NCBI GenBank assembly: GCA_010093745.1
Contig: MU005964.1
Coordinates: 248,001-312,000, forward strand
Reading direction: 5' to 3'
Source: Piedraia hortae CBS 480.64
Taxonomy: Eukaryota
DNA length: 64,000 bases
The notes under the pieces: generated by a model
Told to the model about the DNA's origin: nothing
What the model saw: the letters and a program-made list of their open reading frames with translations, nothing else
The model's database searches: none
Made by a program: the position numbers and the translations under genes
Shown: positions 57,211 to 64,000 of the stretch, in pieces
Layout of the letters: each line of letters starts with the position of its first letter
Numbering within the stretch: position 1 is the stretch's first letter

Positions 57211-58783
57211 ATGGCTTCCGCTGCCGCTGTCGGCGCAAATGCAGCGCAGTCGCCTATACACAACACTATTGGCGTAGAACACGGCTACACCGGAGAAGTG
57301 ACCGAGGCAATCGTTTCTATAGCTGAAATAGAAAGCGAGAGCGATGCAGTAAGCAAGCGGAAGCAAGACGCTTTAGAGGATGAACTGTTTGGAGGAGAGG
57401 AGGGAGAGGAGGAGGAAGAAGAAGAGGAGGAGGAGGAGAAAGTAGAAGACGAACTACCGGAAGATCCACTGGAGGGCAAAGGGGAGCAACATTCGGACGA
57501 AGATGCGGATAAAGATGAGCAGGAAGATGGAGAAGCTGGCGCCGATGCGCAGCCGGAAGAGCATGTGGAAAAGATTACCATGGATTTGAAGATGGGAAGG
57601 CAGCCGCTTCCCGAGCCGTCGGATGGAGAGGTCTGTGTCCCCTGATAGAAGCTTCGGCGCAGCTAACCAGGCCCAGATGTACCTGATGAAAGTTCCGGCC
57701 TTCATGTCGATTGAGCCAACGTCATGGGACCACCGGAGGTTCCAACCACCGGTCCCAGATCAGAGCTCCAAGGCGGACTCATTAATCTTCTCCGCATACA
57801 ACACGGCCCTATCAACCATTCGATGGCGGCGGGCTCCCTCTAACCCTTCACAACTACAGTCAAATGCCAGAATCCTCAGGTGGTCCGACGGTTCATTGAC
57901 CTTGCAACTAGCGAGCCAGCCGACCTTGCAGTACGAAATCAGCGGAAACGCGCTCGCACCGCCCCTGCGCAATCCCGCAAAGCCAACGCCCACCAGTGTC
58001 AGCGCGCCTGCCGATAAGAGCGGCAGAGCCGGCGACGGCACGGTACCAGACGAAAAGTACAACGAGAGCAAGGATGCCTTTAGCTATCTCATTGTACCAT
58101 CTGAAGATACTGCCACTCTTCGCGTTAGCCACAAGCTCACCGCGGGCTTAACAGTCCAGCAGAGTGGCGGCATAAACGGTGTGGCTGTCAAGAAGCTGCA
58201 AGCGCAAATCTCCCACGAGGCTAAGTCGTCGAGGGTCAAGGGTGGCACCGGCGTCGGCCTTAAGCTCATAGAAGAGGACCCAGAGAGGAAGAAACAAGAA
58301 GCCGAAAAGGCCTTGAAAGAGAAGCAAAAACAAGAACGGAAGCGCGAGAACGCCATGATGCGGGATCAGGAACGAAACAGCCGCGCACTTGGCCGACATG
58401 GTCTGTCGTCAGGTCGCGGCAGCGGTCTTAACGCCAGCTTTCTCGAAGACGAGGACGGCGAGACAGGCTACACCAGATCCAGGAAGCCGGGAAGCGCACG
58501 TAAGCCTCGTCAAAGACATGGTAGCATCTACTCTGATGACGAAGACTTTGGCCGGAGGAACTACAGGTCTCGTGAAGACGAGTACGACCAGGAAGACGAT
58601 TTCGTGGCACCATCTGATGAGGAAGAAGAGGCTCCGGCCGATGATGACGATCCTGACGACGGCATCGAGGAGCCATCGCCAAAGCGCAGCCGGTCAACAA
58701 AGGACGCCGAAGATGAGGTAGAGGCATCCGTGGCGCCGGTGAGGAAACGGCAAAGGGTGATTGTAGACGATGATGATGAGTGA
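57211..58783 (+). CDS. LEO1: Paf1 complex subunit Leo1 (intron ~57631-57678)
   Basis: Acidic N-terminus, SNARILRWSDGSLTLQ, DEYDQEDDFV. Confidence 0.92.
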
Positions 58784-59181
58784 GAACGTGATAGGCATAT
58801 GTAGGACTATATTTCTGTAGATTGATCGTAGAGGCCTTTGTAGGACTACAATTTGGGTGCTGCTCTTGATGTAAAATAACCAAAAGGAACGGGGGCTAGC
58901 ATATCATTACGAATAGCATGAGGTCAATATTGACGGCTGTGAATGATGGGCAGCATACAATTCCGAATAACATGAGGTCAGTACGGTCGTGAGTGAAGGC
59001 CAAGTGGCCAGAGTGGGCGCCCCTTTGGCATTTTTGGTGACAAGTGGCGTGCCAAGAGTTTCTCGGACCCTGGACGTCAAAGTTGGTCTCGACCAAAAGC
59101 AGAAGCCCTACTCCACGGCCACACACACCGTTCTTCGACGACAAACGCGATAAAAGACGCTCCAGGTGTCACGTGAGGTAA

Positions 59182-60152
<971 letters not shown>

Positions 60153-60488
60153 AGAGCCCCAGAGGCGGGATGGTCAAGTCACGAACCTATGGGGGAAGCG
60201 TCCTAACGACCCGTGAGTTCCCGTGAATAGCATTCAAGGTGAGCCGCAGAACAGGTTTTTACAAGTCAGAACTAGGCGCTTGTTACTGTGGATTTTTGCA
60301 AGGAACCAGTGTATGCTACGAACCGCAGCAGGAGGGTTATATGTCCAGTTTGTCGTGCTTTTTCCACGTAAACCTCGTCACAATCAACATGTTCAAAACT
60401 TTGACCTCATCGAAGTAAGTGATACAAGATGCTTAGAAATTCCCTTATCGCACCGCCAGTCCGGTCTGGAATGGTATCATGACACGCC

Positions 60489-60522
60489 AAAAACAAAAAA
60501 AACAAAAAAAAAAAAAAAAAAA
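60489..60522. repeat. Poly(A)-rich tract between convergent ARF1 and CAF40
   Basis: A run interrupted by C. Confidence 0.85.
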
Positions 60523-60550
60523 CACCATAGCCCAAGAGCACAATTTCGTC

Positions 60551-61853
60551 TTAAAAATGCAAGAGAGTCCCCGGATTGAGGTAGGCAGCCGTTACTGCCG
60601 AGGGATGGGTCGCGATTCCCGGCTCAGCCGAGTCCGAGAGGGCATGCAACAGCTGCGACAAGCACCGCTTCGTTGCCGTGTCATCTCGAAGCACGGGAGA
60701 AAAGGTTGCATCCCGTAGCGGCTCGGGAAGGCATTGTCTTAGAGCCTCTCGGGCGCGTGCGTTATCTGATAGTCTAAGCTGTCAGTTCTGTCCTATTCCT
60801 TTTAATGAACGGTGCACTTACCGTAGAAAACAACGCACAACGTGCTTCAGCAGTCTTACGGTTTGCTGTTCTACCAGCTGCGTTACCATGTTACTTAGCA
60901 CGGTGCCGACGGCGTAAAAGCGTTCGTAGGTTTGGCAGATGTACTGCAGGCCCGTATCGTCAAGTAATATCTTTTGCACAATGAATATTGCCACCGTCTT
61001 GGACAGCTCGGAGCCCGTTTCCATGATTCGGAGACATAGTGGTATGATTTCCGTTGTCAAGAGAAAGTTGATGACCTCTGAGCTGTCGTTCTTGACCAGT
61101 GCGCCGATGACGCCCAATGAGGTGAGCCTCAGGTATTCGAAAGGTCGGGATTTGGAGGTCGTGTTCAAAAATGGATACAGAAAGAGCGGTATGTGGGCTA
61201 GATGTCAGTGTCAGTCTCGTCTGTCATCTCATGCATCACGACTCTATCCAAGGCTTACCTCCCAAAAACAAACCTCTTGTCTCTCTGTGGCTCGCCACGC
61301 ACTGCAGCAGCGCGAGGGCATTGCATACACGGTTGCTCGCGGCGGCCGTCAGTTGCGACGGATTCAACAACGGGTACACAGAGATGATCTCTTGAAGGAG
61401 GCATGTCATGACGCCAAACGAATGCCACAATATCAGCGCCAACTCGGGCACCTGCTCTCTTTTCTTGCTCAACTCCAAAAGAGCGCTCTCTCTGCTGCTC
61501 GAGATGAGCACCTGCGCAACCCATTCCTGCACCCGCCTATCGTCCTCGCTGCTCTCGCCCGTAAGACCGTTGATGGCCATACCCAGCCCATTTAGATCTT
61601 CCTTGCCATTGATACCCCCCATCGTTCCATTGAGCGCTCCGCCCCCGGCCGCGCCTGCCGCATTTCCACCCTGTGTCGCACCCAAGCGTCCATAATGGTG
61701 TGGCTGTGGTTGTTGGTGGTGGTGTGCGAGATTTTGGGCGTGGGTGGGTCCGTAGCCGTGGTGGGCTGGGGTCTGTTGCGGTTGTGGGTGACCCCAGTCT
61801 TGCTGATGGTGGGGATACGGATGCTGGTGGGCGAAGAGGTGCTGTGGTTGCAT
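60551..61853 (-). CDS. CAF40: CCR4-NOT subunit Caf40/Rcd1/CNOT9 (3 exons)
   Basis: [57 protein letters not shown]. Confidence 0.96.
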
Positions 61854-62336
61854 CTCCCGAGTCGTAGAGAGAGGTAAGTATTGCGAGACAGTCAAGCCAG
61901 AGAATATGCCACACAATTCTTTTACCGTATCGCGATCATTGACGTGCCTGTCCAAAGTCGGCGTGCCCTTGCCAAGTAGGAGGTCAAAAGAGTCAAAAGT
62001 CTCGGACCTCGGCGGCTACCAACCCTCATTGCGCTAATGCAGGCGGCGAGCAGCGCCAAGGACCGTGCATCGCACAGTCTTCGGAAGGGAATGTGGCCGT
62101 TCTGTGTAGTTTGGTCAGCCACGGATTGCTGGGTTTCCATTCTACCGAGCTGCAGGCACCTGCTCGAGTTATTTGTATCTGTGCTAATCATAGATTGCGA
62201 TTCGATGTTGCGGCCGTAGGACAGCTTTTAGCATAAGCTACATATGCCTAGTACACAGGCTGGCTACACCTACATAGTTGAGACTGGTCACATCTAGTAC
62301 AAGTAGCCATGCCTATGATAGTACTGACTGGCTAGT

Positions 62337-63043
62337 CTAGTACAGACGCTTGGGCGGGCTCATGGTGGCCTTGATGGTAAGGCTGCCCACGTTCTGCCAG
62401 CCCTTTTTCAGCAACGACACGAGGTAGTTGATGGCCAACATGACGTTGCCGACCAGCTCGTCCTCAGTCATGTCGACGTTGCCGACCGCGACACCCATGC
62501 AGAGCACCTTCTTCAGCTGGAACTTGATCGTAGACTTGACTTCGGTGATCTTGTTGGAGAGGTCCTCCGAGTGGGATACAGGCGTAGGGAACTTGCCAGC
62601 TGTGGTAACCGTCAGTATCGAAAGTAAATCTGTAGTCTGTATTATCACTTACCCTTGGACAAACCGGGACCCAAGAGACGAGGAATCTGCTTGATCAAGC
62701 TGTCGCTGGCAATGAAAGCATCATACTTCCTGGCAAGCTTCTTGATGAGCTTCTTGTTCTTGTTCAACTTCTTCAAGTCCTCGGCGCTCATGGCGTCCAC
62801 GCCTCCATGCTTGGCGCGGTCAATGTCGTGCTGATCACCCAGAATGCACACGCTCATATTGGGACGCGGCACACGGGGCAGTCTGACGGTGCCGGAGAAA
62901 CGCTTGTCACGCTGGGGATCATAGTTCTTGAGGCCAATCTGCAGCTCGACCGTCTCGAGGAAGTTGCGCTTCTTCTCCTCGTTGGAGTACTGCAGGAGTT
63001 GCTGTACGTTCTGACGCACGCCAGCGACCGTGATTTTCGACAT
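62337..63043 (-). CDS. RPL1: 60S ribosomal protein uL1 (L10a), one intron
   Basis: [35 protein letters not shown], end MSPPKRLY. Confidence 0.98.
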
Positions 63044-63711
63044 TGCGGCGGTCTTCCAATATTTCTACAAGAGACAGTATTGGTACGGCTTTGGCGTTGT
63101 GGTGAGCGTTTGTGACGTGGCGGATTGGAAAAAAGGGCTGTGTGCCAAGGGTGGGGTGTGCCTCTTGGACGCTAACCCAAGAAGAGTTTAGCCAACCTCA
63201 ACGTCGTCCGTGTGACTCCATCACAACTCACTTCTGTGATGGATGTTCGCCATCACGATTTGCCTGACTTGTTCCAGCTCGGTTTCGTCACCTTGACATT
63301 ATGGGTGGCGGCTCATTCATGGTGTCTTACAGACACTCTACAAAATTTGCCAAACCTCGGGAACGGATGTCTTCAAATAGACTTGCAATTCAATGTTGCC
63401 ACCGTTAGCGAGTGCCTGTGTGATTGATTTTGCCATGTGGAGCTGACCACAGTCAGCTGGCTATGATATAGAAACCGTTGAAAGACTGCATCGGATGGCT
63501 GGCGATGCCGTTCACAAACAGGCCACTTTTGCCCCATTCTATGGCAATTCCTATCTTAGCCATGTGACCCTACCGTTTAGTTGTACCCGATGATCAGCTT
63601 TTTTTGATACTCTGACTCACACTTTCGCTTGCTGTCTCTATTGAGTCACACGGTAGGTCCTTTTGTATAAGAACATGCCATCTTCTCTTTCCAGTATTTA
63701 CTTTTAGCATC

Positions 63712-64000
63712 ATGGACAGCCCCCACCCAAAGATTGCGAAGATTCCCTCACAAATGGACGATTCCTTCCGCTTCAGGGATATGGATAACCTACCCAAGTT
63801 TGGAGAGATATTGCAAAACGTTCAGAGCCACGCAACGAGGCACTTCATTGTTGACTTTAACGCCGGAAAGGCTCGTGTTGCTTTTGACCTACCGGAGGAT
63901 GCATTCACCAGCATCTTCAAGGCCGGAGCTCCGTCAAATATGGCGCGGTGGATCAATATTTGGCATCCCTATCGTCAAAGACCGCTACTCAACTTGATAT
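63712..64000 (+). CDS. 5' part of a conserved fungal protein (probably CorA-like family), truncated by window end
   Basis: Open frame MDSPHPK...HFIVDF...ARVAFDL...RWINIWHPYRQ running off the window. Confidence 0.55.
   Translation, partial: MDSPHPKIAKIPSQMDDSFRFRDMDNLPKFGEILQNVQSHATRHFIVDFNAGKARVAFDLPEDAFTSIFKAGAPSNMARWINIWHPYRQRPLLNLI

Overview
Gene-dense eukaryotic nuclear DNA from a filamentous ascomycete (Pezizomycotina; a compact Eurotiomycete/Chaetothyriales-type genome is my inference from protein similarity, 43-55 nt GT-AG introns with CTRAC branch points and very short intergenic gaps). About 43 mostly housekeeping genes are present: copper amine oxidase, NOP4, MSH5, EF-1beta, HSP78, RPN13, RPL6, CK2beta, prefoldin 5, a CpcA/Gcn4-type bZIP, SPC25, RRN6-like, ORC1, PRP46, an Ime2/ImeB kinase, TRL1, a sirtuin, CDC9, LEO1, ARF1, CAF40 and RPL1. 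Several spliced genes are absent from the ORF track. I saw no mobile element, tRNA, rRNA or secondary-metabolite cluster. Most notable: (1) an unassigned ~460-nt highly structured plus-strand element at ~17870-18330 behind a TATA box (candidate ncRNA); (2) an intron-encoded U18/snR18 C/D snoRNA in EF-1beta; (3) recurring abrupt C/A-rich to G/T-rich strand-skew switches inside genes of either orientation; (4) regulatory architectures at CDC9 (upstream mitochondrial-type start, tandem splice donors) and at the bZIP gene (uORFs plus a TGAGTCA site). All exon structures and folds were deduced by eye.
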